Source: Octopus vulgaris (Eukaryota). Taken from it: a stretch of 64,000 nt of DNA. The translations under genes were made by a program, and so were the position numbers. This document shows positions 26,840 through 40,080 of the stretch, piece by piece (position 1 is the first letter of the stretch; every line of letters begins with the position of its first letter). The stretch covers positions 43,400,001 to 43,464,000 of the forward strand of contig OX597838.1 in NCBI GenBank assembly GCA_951406725.2, in the 5' to 3' direction. Under the pieces are notes generated by a model. The model saw only the letters and a program-made list of their open reading frames with translations. It had not been told where the DNA came from and made no database searches.

Positions 26840-27890
26840 TGTTCAGTCACGTCACACTAAAATTCATTCTTGCTCGACCCTTCCCACTTTGCTTCAATGT
26901 AAATTTTAACAGTTATATATCCTGTGATTTTTTTTCCTTTTGCTTTTAACAAAACGAAAACAATTGATCGTCTTGTTCTTTTTTTTTTTATTTCATTTAA
27001 TTTTATATTTCTTCTTATATGTTTTTTTTCAATCCTCTTTTTTCATTTAAGAATTTATTTATTTATTTTAACCTGTGACGTTTTCGTCCGTTGTCATTGT
27101 TTATTTGGAGAGTGAACACCCAGAAATACATACATTAACATGAAAAGCAGATTGTCAAACTGATCAAAAATTCTTTTCAAACGCTTTAAAGTGTCGGCTT
27201 TTATTTATTTATTTATTTATTTGTTTATTTATTTACTTATTCATTCATTCATTCGTTTGTCACAGCAATGGTATTGTTGAACGTAAGCAAGAAGGGAGGC
27301 GTTCAAGTGGATTTACCGTTAACTGTTAGCGATTTTGATAAAGATTGCAGTCAAAACGACATTGTTTGCTTAATGTACTGCTTACTGATTGCGTCGCTAA
27401 AAATAAAGAATGAAGAAAGCACAGAAAACAGGTTTATCACAAAGATGGCCTGGATGGAACTAAACAGACGACATGGGTACCGTCGGGTGTGCGGACCTGC
27501 GCCCATGCAGCGCGTAGTTGTGGTCCCCCTTTGTCAGTATATTTCCTGGTGCTCCTGTGCAGTTTGTCCCCACCTCCGCAAGATACTGTTACATCTGCCG
27601 TGATCTTACGGTATATGGTCGACCCACATGAGCCGTCAACGCAGCCAGGTCCTCAGTGAAGAGAACATGGTAAGCTGGGTCCTAAGTTGGAAAGTCGAGC
27701 AACATGGCCGAACAGTTTAAGTTGGCGCGGCACTCCCGAACCATATAAGGATGCATCCGTGTCGTTGGTTGGATACGAAATTCGACCAATGGCAGCCCAT
27801 AATTCTGCAAAGCGTCCTGGTACCAAAGAAGTTCAGACGGCCCTTAAGGGCCCCGGACAGTGTCCAATAATAATAATATTAATAATAATA

Positions 27891-27932
<42 letters not shown>

Positions 27933-27944
27933 ATATATATATAT

Positions 27945-28095
27945 ATATAAAAATTAAATTAGAGATAAAACCACTATTAGGCAACTCAATAATAATAATA
28001 AACTTTTATCTCTAATTTAATTTATATTTATACTGTGAAATTTGATTAAATCCTAAATCTAATTTTTCCCTGTAAGTTTGGATATACTCCCTAAT
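27945..28095. repeat. Short inverted repeat plus tail upstream of Penelope relic
   Basis: AAATTAAATTAGAGATAAAA / TTTTATCTCTAATTTAATTT; tail homologous to 6685-6770. Confidence 0.7.
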
Positions 28096-28129
28096 ATTAT
28101 TATTATCATTATTATTATCATCATCATCA

Positions 28130-28221
<92 letters not shown>

Positions 28222-28224
<3 letters not shown>

Positions 28225-29940
28225 CATATGCGGGTACAAGATATCATATTTGAAAATGTCTCTAAATGTGTTAACATATTGGATGTAACATTAAATTTGG
28301 ATAACGGCTTATTCTTCCCCTATCATAAGCCTAACAAAACTATTAAGTATATCCACGCCTTATGAAATCATCCCCCAAAGTGTCATTAAGGGGATAATTA
28401 AAGGTATGTCGATAAGAATATCTAATTTATCCGCTAATGACAAAATATTTAACGAGTTTGCACCCCTTTAGTCAGCGGTTTTAACAGTAAAATATACGAT
28501 ATTAAAAACACAATATTTAAAGACAAATTAGGCAAACAGTTTCCAAATGTTACGAATTCTAACATTGACACAAATCCTATGAACAATTCCACACAATATA
28601 GAAACCAACAACACTTTAGAAGACTCTGTAGATTTTTCAAGTATAGCAAAAACGATCCGGGGCAGAATAGGAACTGTTCTGGAAGGAAACTGAAAGTTGT
28701 ATGGTTTACACCCCACTCCTCCCTTCAGGTAAGAAGCCTCCCTAAGGTATTTTTTAGCATTATCAATAGGAACTTCCCACCTGGTCATAAATACCATTCT
28801 ATATTTAATAGATCGTCTCAAATTATCCTATTCTAACACACCCAATCTTGGATCTATCATCGCAGCCGATAATAGACTTAAACTTAGAAATAACGAAACC
28901 ATTAGAGATAACCCAACTGACCCCAATAGAGAGAACAATAATAAGGACTTGGATATCAAAAATAGTAAGACTAAACTCGGAAACAAAATAAAAATATGTA
29001 ATTGTCGTAATCAGGAATTTTGTCCCCTTAAAGGCTTCTGTTTAAGGAGAAATTCCGTATATAAAGTTGAAACGTCAATCCGAAATGAACTAAAAAAAAT
29101 TTACACAGGTCGCACAATCGACTTTAAAAGTAGATCTAGGGCGCGTATAAACTCTTCCACGAAACAAAAAATTCAACCACACCAGCAACCTACATCAGTA
29201 AATTAAAAATGAACGACAAAGAGTTCAGCCGGAATTGGTCTATAATAAGGGAAGCGACACCATCGTAAGACACACGAGAAGAATTGCGATTTATGCACGA
29301 AGGAGGCGATCCACAGAATCCGAGTCAACAAAAATAGTTCACTTAATAAGATATCTGACGTCATAATTACCTGTAGACAACAAATATTTTTCAACGTTTA
29401 AATTTTTCAAAAATAATTAAACTCTAGGATTCTAATTTAGCCTTCCTTCATATTATGGACTCTTTTAAAATTTCATATTATATATAGCGCCGTAATACAT
29501 TTCAGCCTTTCAACATCTTATACCCAAAGAAAATGGTCCGATCAAACATTCGATTTTTAAAAACCATTTAACCCACCATTTCTTTTAAAGCTTTTGTGAA
29601 TCTATTCGCGTTGATGAGAGAAATATAGAGTGTTGCTATGGTTTGAGTTAGCTCACTCAGAGCAACCAATATCTTTTCGAAACTGTCGTAAGACTTTACA
29701 CATAGATTTTGTACGTTTCAGATTCCGTATGAATCATTTTACATTCGCTTTATCCTCCTCTTCATTGATTCAAATTCGAACACCCGGACTTTGCAAGGAC
29801 ATTTATGGATTTATATTTTTATATATTTATATTTAGGAATTTTTTATGTGTTTATAAATTTTTATAGGTCTATGAATTTTTATATATTCAGAAATTTTCG
29901 TGTATATGTATGTATTTATAAATTCTTCAGAAATTTTTTT
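28222..29940 (+). mobile_element. Penelope-like retroelement, 5' truncated (RT thumb + GIY-YIG endonuclease + pLTR), pseudogenised
   Basis: NILDVTLNLDNGLFFPYHKPNKTIKYIH, VVWFTP, HKYHSIFNR, CNCRNQEFCPLKGFCL..VYKVET..IYTG..FKSR, CDLCTKE; begins in (TA)n. Confidence 0.88.
29611..29694 (+). ncRNA. Decayed hammerhead in the Penelope 3' pLTR with long structured stem II
   Basis: TTGATGA-GAGAAATAT..GTTGCT..TGAGT/ACTCA..AGCAAC..ATATCTTTTC-GAAA-C-TGTC-G-TA; C3U change and weak stem I. Confidence 0.65.
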
Positions 29941-30199
29941 ATATATCATATAGGTGATATATAAATTTGTCTTCTTGCCTCCTTAATTTTATATATATAT
30001 GTGTGTGTGTGTGTGTGTTTGTGTGTATCCCCATCATCGCTTGACAACCGATGTTGGTGTGGTTATGTCCCCGTAACTTAACGGTTCGGCAAAAGACACC
30101 GATAGAATAAGTCCTGGCGTCAATTTCCTCAACTAAAGGCAGTGCTCCAGCATAGCCGCAGTCACATGACTGAAACAAATAAAAGAAGATATATATATA

Positions 30200-30345
30200 A
30201 TTGAAATTTAGAGAAAAACAAAAGGCGAAGACAGGTGTATAAGCAACAAACAGGTGTATTAGTTTAATGCTCAGGAAGGTGAGAAAGTCTTTTACGTTTC
30301 GAGCCTATGCTCTTCGGCAGAAGGGAACACAGAAATAAACAAAGA
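30200..30345 (-). mobile_element. Short pLTR-like repeat (same family as 5325)
   Basis: CCGAAGAGCATAGGCTCGAAACGT on minus strand, ends in (TA)n. Confidence 0.55.
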
Positions 30346-30420
30346 GAGGATAAAAAAAAAACTTATAGAGTTAGCGGTCAACATACATACATACATACAT
30401 ACATACATACATACATACAT

Positions 30421-30970
30421 GGTGGCTGCCCCCTCGTTATCGAGTATGGCCATTGCACGAAGCTTAATCAGTGTTGTTATCGTGCAATGCCTGTGCAAGA
30501 ATATTTTTTTTTAAGTGAGGAAAGGCTGTGCACGGAGTCAATCCCACTCACTAAGCAACAGCAGCCATAATCCGAAAAGAAGAACAAGTCAACATCATCG
30601 GTAACCACTGAGCCGCAGGTTTTATGTTGAGTTATCTCAGTTACCTGAGTTACCTTCTCCTAGAAGGATGCCCTAACAAAGGCTAGGAGTCCTTCACTCC
30701 CAAATGGTTTAACCGCGCTATCGGGTATTCAGTCCGATTATTTCTATGTCCCCGCGCATGATACAGCCTTAAGACATTTATTGGATGGCCGTTGACTCTC
30801 AAGAGTTCCTCCGCCCTTTGACGGGTTTTGTTTTTCATCCCACAGGATGTCCAATAAACAGCCTCCTCACCAAGCAAGCTTGGTGGGGTTGCCAGTTTAG
30901 TCGCCGACGACCCGACCATGCAACAGGTTGTACTGGGTTACATGTTACCAGTAGCACTCGAAAGTGACCT
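30421..30970. mobile_element. Unclassified interspersed repeat (family E)
   Basis: GTTTAGTCGCCGACGA(C/T)CCGACCAT core shared with 45355-45540; flanked by microsatellites. Confidence 0.55.
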
Positions 30971-30975
30971 GACAT

Positions 30976-31030
<55 letters not shown>

Positions 31031-31860
31031 ATTTTCTTATTCAAATTCTCTTCCGACAGCCGAGGCACCCAGTTTGTATTCACTTTCTAATTCCCAAAGC
31101 CTTCCGCCATCTTTCGTAAGGCTCTGTGACCACTGTCCAATTGTGTAGCATGAGTAAGAACTGTGTTTAATAGAGCATGATGCAGTGTTTCAACCCTACT
31201 TAAGGCAAAGAACACCACCTCAGTCCCTTTATTGTTCGAACAAAGCTATTTTTATTTGAAGGCCAAGCAATTAATCTGAGTAGTTCGATCTCCATCTTCA
31301 CACAATACAGATTTGATTGGCCAATAAACTGCGAAATCGTTCCCATCCACTCATACTTACTCATTTATTTTCATGTATTTGTTAATCAGAAACACATCAG
31401 TCGTTTGGAATGAAAAAGATGGAAACGTTATAGTTTTTACGTATTTAACGACTGGAACATGAAATAAAGAAAAAATTACTAGAAATATATTAGTCATTGA
31501 CTGATAGCAATAACTTCATTGTTTTTTATTTTTTTATTTTTGCGGATAACGTCTTTGAAGTATTTAATATCTTAACAATAATACACCAACCAATATATAG
31601 CCTCTTACATTTATTTAATCACACTTTCATAACGACTTAGTAGATGAACGTTATATCACACCGACGAGGTCGCAATCGGATGAAAAGTGTCTGCTGTTGT
31701 CTCCCTTATTTCCAGTTAGTTTTTTTTAGGACTCTTTGCCTTAAAATATGTTTACTCAAAACTATTATTAAACTAATGGTAACAAATGATCTGTGAGTCG
31801 AGTATCTGATACGTTTTATACATATTAAATTATTATAGTGTTGCGGTATGTTAACATTGC

Positions 31861-31924
<64 letters not shown>

Positions 31925-31926
<2 letters not shown>

Positions 31927-32458
31927 TTTGAGTGAGAGAGCAGTGCATACCATCAAAGTGACACTGGGGTAAAATATACGAAGCCCAGTATACCCATCAT
32001 GACTACCCGTCTGATAAGAGTACACCAGGCACATGCATCACAACCATATGTGCGCAACGTGCATGGCCTTGCAGGTAGGGGCCCAGTTAGAATTTTATTC
32101 AGGTCGAGTAGCCCATCCCGCTCAAAAGGTCCCTGAATAAGGGTTGTTTAAGGATGTTGAAAGAACCACCCATGTTTCCAGAGGTAAACTATTCAAACCC
32201 CAAAGAATCCCTCTCAACACATGGCTATGATGCTCCCTCACTACTTCTGCTCGTGATCAGAGATGCAAATATCGTCAGCCACTAAGGGACATGCTCAACT
32301 GGTTAAGGTCAAACAACTGACAAGCAAATCTGTGGTATTGAGCAGAATATTTGCTGTCGGCCATCTTTTATACCAAGACAAAACAATGTACATGATAAAA
32401 CTTCCAATCATTTAAGATCAGATGCAATTAGAGCCACTGCCTGGTACTGCATCAGGGC

Positions 32459-32460
<2 letters not shown>
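31925..32460. mobile_element. Non-coding interspersed element inserted in a (TTA)n array
   Basis: Unique-looking ~535 bp segment bounded by (TTA)n on both sides. Confidence 0.5.
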
Positions 32461-32516
<56 letters not shown>

Positions 32517-32654
32517 GCCGTTGTTGCTGCTGCTGCTGTTACAGTTCCTTATAAAAATATTTATATATAATACATAATATAGACACTTATGAGGTGACCT
32601 TGACCTTCAGTATAACAATGGCCCCATCATTCCCAGTCAATTGGTTATTGATCT

Positions 32655-33010
32655 ATACAGGACAGAGTGAACGTGTGTTTAGTGCACTTAGCGATCCGTC
32701 GCAAGCTGAACGATGGAGATTTCGGAAGAGCAAATGTATTTGTGTGAAATTCTGCTTCAGCTTGGGAGAAAAAAATGTTTATAAAGACTTTTTTAATCTT
32801 GTAATGGGCCTTTGGGGAATTTCGTATTTTTCTTTTTTTCATTTTTTTCCCTTCAGTCGCATGCGTGTCACGTCCTGATGTCAACGTTTCAATCGTGAAG
32901 GAGGTCGAAGAGGGAGGAACAATCGTTTCAAGATAATCGAAAGATAACCAAAACGTTCGCCTAATATCGTGGAAGGTCGAACTTTCCACGATAAAGGATG
33001 ACGTTCAGCC
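32655..33010 (+). mobile_element. Highly decayed mariner transposase N-terminal fragment
   Basis: CICVKFCFSLGEK resembles the mariner HTH start (CIKFCFKLGK). Confidence 0.4.
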
Positions 33011-33389
33011 AGCGGAAATGTTTGCTGTAATCCAAGAAAATTGTCCTCTGATTATTCCGTTTTGGGGTCGATCTAATCGACTGGGCCCCTCCTCCAAAAT
33101 TTCGGGAGTAGAAAAAAAATTATATACATGTGACCAATCACATTCAGATATATGAGTGTGTGCGCGCACGCGCGTGTTATTTATTCTTTTCTTTGTTCCA
33201 GTCACTAGACTGCAGCCATGCTGGAGCACCGCTTTGAACGGTTAAGTCGAACAAATCAACCCCAGTACGTATTTTTAAGTCTGGTACTTACCCTACTCGC
33301 TTCTTTTGCCGAAACGCTAAGCTAAGGGGACATAAACAAACCAACACATCAAACGATGGGTGGAAGGTCTCACACACACACACACACGC

Positions 33390-33425
<36 letters not shown>

Positions 33426-33739
33426 TGAGCTTCCGCATAGTTCTACTCCGAAGCCATTTGTCAATTCGAGGTAATAGAAGAAAACACTTGGCCAAAGTGC
33501 GGCGCTGTGGAATTGAACCTCGGGCTCCGAGAAGCGAACTTAACCGTGCATCGAGTGCAGCGTCGAATTGATCATGCACGAGGAACCAGTCAAAAATGGC
33601 ACCTCTTTTTTTTTGAAATCCTGCGAAGAACCTCGAAACTTGCCATCAGTCGAATTTTTGAAAATTCTTCACACTAATGGCGCAGCTGATCGCTTTGTGG
33701 TTCCAATTTATAATAAGCTAGATAAGTACTTTAGAGAAG

Positions 33740-33926
33740 GCGGTCGCGTGGCAAGAAAATTGCTTCCCAGCCACATGGTTCTGGGTTCGGTCTACTGCGT
33801 GGCACCTTGGGCAAGTGTCTCCTACTATAGCCTCAGGCCGATCAAAGCCTTGTCAGTGGATTTGGTGGACGGAGATTGAAAGGAAGTCTGTCGTATATAT
33901 ATATATATATGTGTGTGTGCGTGTGT

Positions 33927-33958
<32 letters not shown>

Positions 33959-34180
33959 GTGTGTCTTTGTGTCTGTGTTTGTCCCCCTACCGTTTGACAA
34001 CCGGTGTTTGTATGTTTACGTCCCCTTTACTTATAGGTTTGGTAAAAAGAGAGCGATAGGATTAGTACCAGGCTTAACAAAAAATAAGTATTGGGTCGAT
34101 TCATTCGACGAAAACATCTTCAAGGCGGTGCCCCAGCATGGCCGTATTCTAATGACTGAAACAAGTAAAAGATAAAAGAT
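33740..34180 (+). mobile_element. SINE family B
   Basis: Homology; further copies at 33185-33545 (-) and 34228-34410. Confidence 0.8.
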
Positions 34181-34731
34181 CTTTCTTTCTATTTGTGTGT
34201 GCATGTGTGTGTACGTGTGTACGTGTGTGTGTGTGTCTTTGTGTTATCCCCCCCCATCGCTTGACAGCCGGTGTTAATTTGTTTACATTCCCGTAACCTT
34301 GCGGATCGGCAAAAGATAACGATAGAGCAAGTATCAAACTTAGAAATAAGTACTGAGGTGGGTTTGTTGACTAAATACTTTAAGGTGGTGCCCCAGCATG
34401 GCCGTAGTTCAATAACGGAATCGTCATGGTAGTTTTCAAGAGAATACCCACAGATCTTAGAATTCTGTAAGATTTCCCGTCGGGTGGTTTTCCCTTAATA
34501 AAGAACTACAAGCTAATGAAACATCACTGCTCCCGTTCCTGTGACTGCCCTTACTTCGCCAACATAGTTTCGGCCGTTATCTTTTCAGTGTTCTGCTAGG
34601 AAGTGCCGTAGACCGGATACGAACCTCTGACTCGGCCATCCATTCATTAAGTCAATCAATTACAATCAAATGAATGTGAATAATTAAATAAATAAATATA
34701 TAAACAAGAATAAATGAGTGAATATAACTCT

Positions 34732-34866
34732 AATCTTACAGCTGTTTCTATTTTGGTGAGGTCCAGAATGCCAAAGTTGGCACATCATACCAATATTACA
34801 CAAAGATTGTACCAAAACTGAACAAAAATTGGACAGGAATTGAACCCCAAAGCTTCATCAGAGAGT
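34732..34866 (-). ncRNA. Discontinuous hammerhead with ~106 nt stem II region
   Basis: ACTCT-CTGATGA-AGCTTTGG...CCAAAATA-GAAA-C-AGCT-G-TA/AGATT. Confidence 0.65.
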
Positions 34867-34874
34867 CAATAATG

Positions 34875-35141
34875 GCAAGAATTAAACAAATAAAAAAGTA
34901 AAATAAAATAATAAAAATACTAAAGAATAAGAAAAAATAAATTCCAAAATAATATCCAGAGGTTGTGAGATCACATCTTGTGGGATCAATCTAATGGGGG
35001 ATATAGACTATATTCCCCCCACACCCCGTTAGATTGAAATAAGTTGTGATCTCACCTCTGGATATTATCTTGGAATTTACTTTTTACTAATCTTTAGTAT
35101 TTTTATTATTTTGTTTTACTTTTTTCTTGTTTAATTCTTGC
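34875..35141. repeat. ~105 bp imperfect inverted repeat (also at ~58299-58565)
   Basis: CAAGAATTAAACAA...ATATCCAGAGG / CCTCTGGATAT...TTGTTTAATTCTTG. Confidence 0.9.
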
Positions 35142-35357
35142 TGGATACGAACCTCTGACTCCACGACAATTTATTCCTGTATCCTTATTGACTCGGCCAT
35201 CCATTTATTAAGTCAATCAAACAGACATCACCTCATAGTCTTTCCTTGCCAACCTTCTTCCTATATTTTTACCTTCCTTTAGTCTTTTCTTTTATTATTG
35301 GTATTTTTTTGTAAGTCTTTTTTTAAGGTACAAAACGGCAGATTTTCGCAAAAGCCG

Positions 35358-35537
35358 TCAAGTGTACTCAATGACCCGGCGTGGAGTTTTGTCTGGTTTT
35401 TGTTGATATTCCGGATTGGTAGCAAGATTCATTGTGCTCTGCTTGAACACAAAGTCACTTTGTTCTTTGTTATAGAAACCACTGACACTTCTGCTCTCAG
35501 GTATATTCGTCCCTCTTTCCAAATTATACTTTATATA
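35358..35537 (-). pseudogene. Putative spliced retrocopy fragment of the exon at 58782-58903
   Basis: Open frame YIKYNLERGTNIPESRSVS-GFYNKEQSDFVFKQSTMNLATNPEYQQKPDKTPRRVIEYT* with no intron at the point where the other copy has an acceptor. Confidence 0.5.
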
Positions 35538-36494
35538 TTAGATTAATATGTACAAATAAATTGAAAGGACATAGAGAAAAAGACTTTTTCTCTGTATCCT
35601 TTCAATAGTGTGAGATTCGAAGCCATATGACAAGCTTTCTGTTAGAAAAACTCTTTCAAATTACCCTTCCAGTTGCTTCCTGTTTATCTCTTGCATAATC
35701 AGTTAATAGTCTGGGGTGCTTAAGTTTTACCACGATCCAGCAGAAGGCAATGATCGTATTGTGGTGGATATCAATGAGGCCAAATTCTCTTTTAATATGT
35801 GATGAAGTTCAAAGAGCTACAATAAAGATTTGTCCCAGAGACTTATGAATACGTAAATGGATCTCAAGGTCCCCCAGTGCTGTCCTTGGCAGTTACCCGG
35901 GGTCTCAAGAGTCTTGAGGCCCGATTCTGATTTATGTACTCTGTGGTTTACTGTTTTGGGATCTCATGGATCTAGGAGCCCAGTTCTATTCTTTGCATTC
36001 TGTAGCTTGCAGTCAGTAAGCAAATAGAATAGGGCCCAATGCGTATAATGTTAATACGGTTCTGGGTCTCCTCCAAAACATGTAATCCTGTCCTCATCTT
36101 AGGAATCATTATTATTCTAAAGTTCTACAGAAGTGCCGTCGATCGATCGGTCGGTCGGTCAGGCCTTTTTTGAGATCCTTGAAAGACGACCAAACCGTCC
36201 TTCACAAATATGTTCAGTGTCCGAGCATCGCTAACATATGGGACTATCTCGGACGGTTCTTATCACATTTAGAACCAATCCGATTCTCGTCCGCGTCTCT
36301 TGTAATGATAGCTCCCATCTAACTCCATTGGCAAGGAGGGGCAGGTTGGTAGTTTCCTCTGTTTTTAGACGAAACCGGTTGCATGGTCGATGTATTTGAA
36401 AGGGTTTAGGTTAGGATTCTGCTACCAAAACCTCCTCAACTTATGGTGAGGGCAAATTTGATGAAAGGTGAGTGTTAAATGGCGAAACAGCTAC

Positions 36495-36593
<99 letters not shown>

Positions 36594-37241
36594 CGGTCTT
36601 GAATTCCGTTTAATTATTGCAATTGGGAGGAAACATCTGTTTCGAGTGCAATCTGGTTGTGGTTTAAGGTATCTCGATCCCTAGGTAACGGTTTCTATTC
36701 GTTGCAAGGACGGACGCCTTTGTATATTCTGTAAATCAATTCTTAATCTTTTCTTCCGATTATTGTACACCCCCCACCCCCACACGCCTTGCTTTGGGGC
36801 CTCAGCTCCTTGTTGGAGTCCAAGGTGCGTCGTCATGACATACAGTATGTCTTGAGCATTTTTGATGTGGTGAAGTTCATTCTTTTCCGGGTGTGACTCA
36901 AGCCGATTTCATACAGAAGAGAGATATACAGAACGAAAAGGGAAACGAAAGAGAAGAATCGACCCCAGTACACGACTGGTATTTTATTTATCAATCTTGA
37001 AAGAATAAAAAGCAAAGTTAACCTCAGCGGGATTTGAACTCAGATAGTAGAAAGCCTGAACGATTAGCACCAACAGTCTCTCCGACACTTAACTCATTCT
37101 GTCAAATGGCCGCCTTATATACGCATGCATACACACCATGTTTGTAATTTTATGTCAATTAAATTGTTTTAAATTTGTATGGTGTGCCCCCTCTTGGTCA
37201 AAAACATTACTGGTGGTGAATTGACAGAATCGTTATTATTA

Positions 37242-37279
<38 letters not shown>

Positions 37280-38180
37280 GTGGCCAGACCACAGCAACAA
37301 AGTCCTCCTCCCACACATCTCGGTCTATCATCACTGCTTCGAGGCCCTGGATGCATTCGAGGCCAGTGTGACGACGTCTTGCTCCATGAAGTTCCACAAC
37401 ATTAATTTGCATGCTTCCAGTTCTGTTACCCTTTTTACGTTCCGAGTTCAAATCCTGCCCACGCTCAACTTTGCCTTTCATCTCTCAGGGCGTCGATAAA
37501 ATAAAGTACCAGTAAAATACTGGGTTCGACTCACTAAACCTTCCCTTTAAAATTGTTGGCTTTGAACCTAAACCAGAAACAATTTTCCGACAAATTGCTC
37601 AGGGGATATTTCTTCCGATTCTTGATGTTCTGGGGTCGAATCCCGCCCGAGGTTAACATTGCTCTTCGTACTTTCGTCGTATCGATAAAATAAAGTTTAT
37701 CACTCGAATAATGCTGGGATCGATCGCATTGACAATTTCCTCTTCCCCTGAAACTGCTGGCCTTGTGCCAAAATCAGAAGCCGTTATTATTGTTGTTGCT
37801 GCTACTACTACTACTGCTGCTGCTGCTACCTTATTTTTCAACGGTTTCATGCGTGTTTTCATTTTTAATATTAGTCTAAATCCTATTCCACCGAGGTCAA
37901 ATTCCCCTTCCATCCTTTCGAGATCGATAAAAGAAGTACCAGTTATACACTGGGATCGAGATAGTCGACCAGCCCCTTTCCCACCAATTTTCAGGAAATT
38001 TACCTGTGGTAGAAAAAAAGATTTTACATTTAAAATTTTTTAATTCTTTTTTTATGTATGTATGTATATAAACATAAACAAGCACACACACACGCACGCA
38101 CACACACACATACGCACGCAAACACACACTCACACACACACACGCACGCACACGCACACACACACACACACACACATTAG

Positions 38181-38972
38181 CGAACTTTAGGCTAGTTAAA
38201 GTATGTTTGTAATATATTTCAACTTCTAAAGGCGAATTCACTGCAGTTACCCTGGAGAAAAGAAATCCTCTCTTATGGTAAAAGGTGTAAAAACACCGTA
38301 TCTGCCCAGTGTTGCTCTCTGTCGGATTCTCAGATGCAGCATTTCGAGCTCTTTAGCCGTTATCAATGGGAAATACCAAAGTGAGGTAACTCTGGATAGA
38401 TTGAAAACCGTAGAATTCACTAAAACAGTCAACAACGTTGACTGAGTTGCACCATTCGACCGCCTGATCAGCAGAAACAGAATTTTGTTAAAGATATTTC
38501 TACAGATATTCTATGGAAATTCTAGCCAGCGCTGATTTTTGCTACAGCGTTTCGTATCGAGACGTCAAATGTAAACAAACATTGAGATCAAAAACAGAAA
38601 TGGGTTATGAGTGTATATACCATATTTTGGGGTTTTTGCCCCTTCATCAGCCCCCGTCTAACCCATTCTCACATCCGAACACATTCCTTATATAGCCACC
38701 GTATACAGCGATGTTAAGTTATTGGACGCACCAATTTACATATCAAACGCATTCCTGGAACTGGTATGTAGACATAAAAACATCAGCGCCAAGCAGTGGT
38801 TGAGAATAAACGAACTTTAGGTTGGTTAAAATATGTTTGTGACATATTCCACCTTTCTAAAGTCAAATTCCTTGCAGTTACCGTGAAGAAAAAAATTTTA
38901 CCATTGGAGAGACTTTTTTTTTTTCTCATGGTAACTGCTGTGAATTTGCCTTTAGAAGTTGAATATATTTAC
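38181..38972 (-). mobile_element. PLE-like non-autonomous element: direct repeat pair plus inverted copy, with HHR-like motif
   Basis: 38181-38270 ~ 38812-38895 direct; 38905-38972 inverted; minus-strand CTGATGA...GAAACGCTGTA at ~38543-38650. Confidence 0.55.
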
Positions 38973-39261
38973 AGGCAGAAGGTGAGAGCGAGAGATGTTC
39001 AATATAGAAAACATGCTGTGGTACTCAAGTGATTTCAACGTAAATTCCGGAATGTTTATCGAGGACCACGGAGTAAAGAGTAGCTATAAGAGGAATCCAG
39101 GGGAGCTGGTTATGGAGATAATGATGCAGATAAACACGATTAGGTTTTGCATATACATATATAAATACACACGCATACGCATGTAGATACATAAAAGTAA
39201 ATATATTCAGTAGCTAAACAAATATGTACAAGCATATCGATATTAATACATGTAGATAGAC

Positions 39262-39423
39262 AAATAAACTAACATAGAACATAAAAAGTACAGAGTACTA
39301 AGGAAAGAATGCATAGTTGTTTTTTTTTACTCGACAGCTGTTTCTGGAAGTTTTCAAGTTAATAAAACTATGCATCGTCTCCTTAGTATTCTGTATTTTT
39401 TATGCTCTATGTAAATTTATTTT
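39262..39423. repeat. ~57 bp inverted repeat enclosing an HHR 3' half
   Basis: Arms 39262-39318 / 39366-39423; minus-strand AGAAACAGCTGTC in the loop. Confidence 0.75.
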
Positions 39424-39432
39424 TTTATATAT

Positions 39433-39463
<31 letters not shown>

Positions 39464-39471
39464 GTTTCTGT

Positions 39472-39800
39472 GAAGGCGCATGGCTCAGTGGTTAGAGCTT
39501 ACGATCGTGCGGTTGTGAACTCGAATCCTGGACTGGGCTGTGTGTTGTGTCCTTGAGCAAGATACTTTATTTCATGTTGCTCCACTTCACTCAGCTGTCG
39601 AAATGATTTGCGATGTCACAGGTGCCAAACTGTATCGACCTTTGCCTTTCCCTTCGATAACACTCGTGGCGTGGAGAGGGGAGGCTGGTATGCATGGGCG
39701 ACTGCTGGTCTTCCATAAACAACCTTGCCCTGACTTGTGCCTGGGAGGGTAACTTTCTAGGTGCAATCCCATGGTCTGTGTCGTGACCGAAGGGGGTATC
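39472..39800 (+). mobile_element. tRNA-derived SINE, family C
   Basis: Homology to 15630-15935. Confidence 0.8.
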
Positions 39801-40080
39801 AGAATATAGTTTCTATTTGTAATCGTGTAACATTTTCTCCGTTTTCTCGTTTTTTTGTCCGTGTTTTCACACATATTCGATCGCTTTCGTCCAGAAAGTT
39901 AATGCCTTTTGCTTAGATTTTGAACAGTCTCAAGTGTAACAGGCCGAAACTGTAATGATGACTGGAAATTTGACTGATGAATACAAAGCCACGAATGTTG
40001 CGTCCTGGTTTTCCTGTCCGTCTTTGTATCGTCTGTATGCTTTCATTACCGTCCGTTACATTCTTGTTCGTTTTTTATAT

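Larger units (their letters stand above)
34658..35480. repeat. ~820 bp near-identical direct duplication of 58082-58904
   Basis: Constant offset 23424; only about four substitutions seen by eye. Confidence 0.95.

Noticed and set aside
27440-27865. Possible RTE-type LINE 3' fragment (also 19250-19500)
   Set aside because: GC-richer and TE-like, but peptide motifs too decayed to assign
30285-30325. CCGAAGAGCATAGGCTCGAAACGT family as active hammerheads
   Set aside because: U4 replaced by C and stem I absent in all three copies; kept only as pLTR-like repeats
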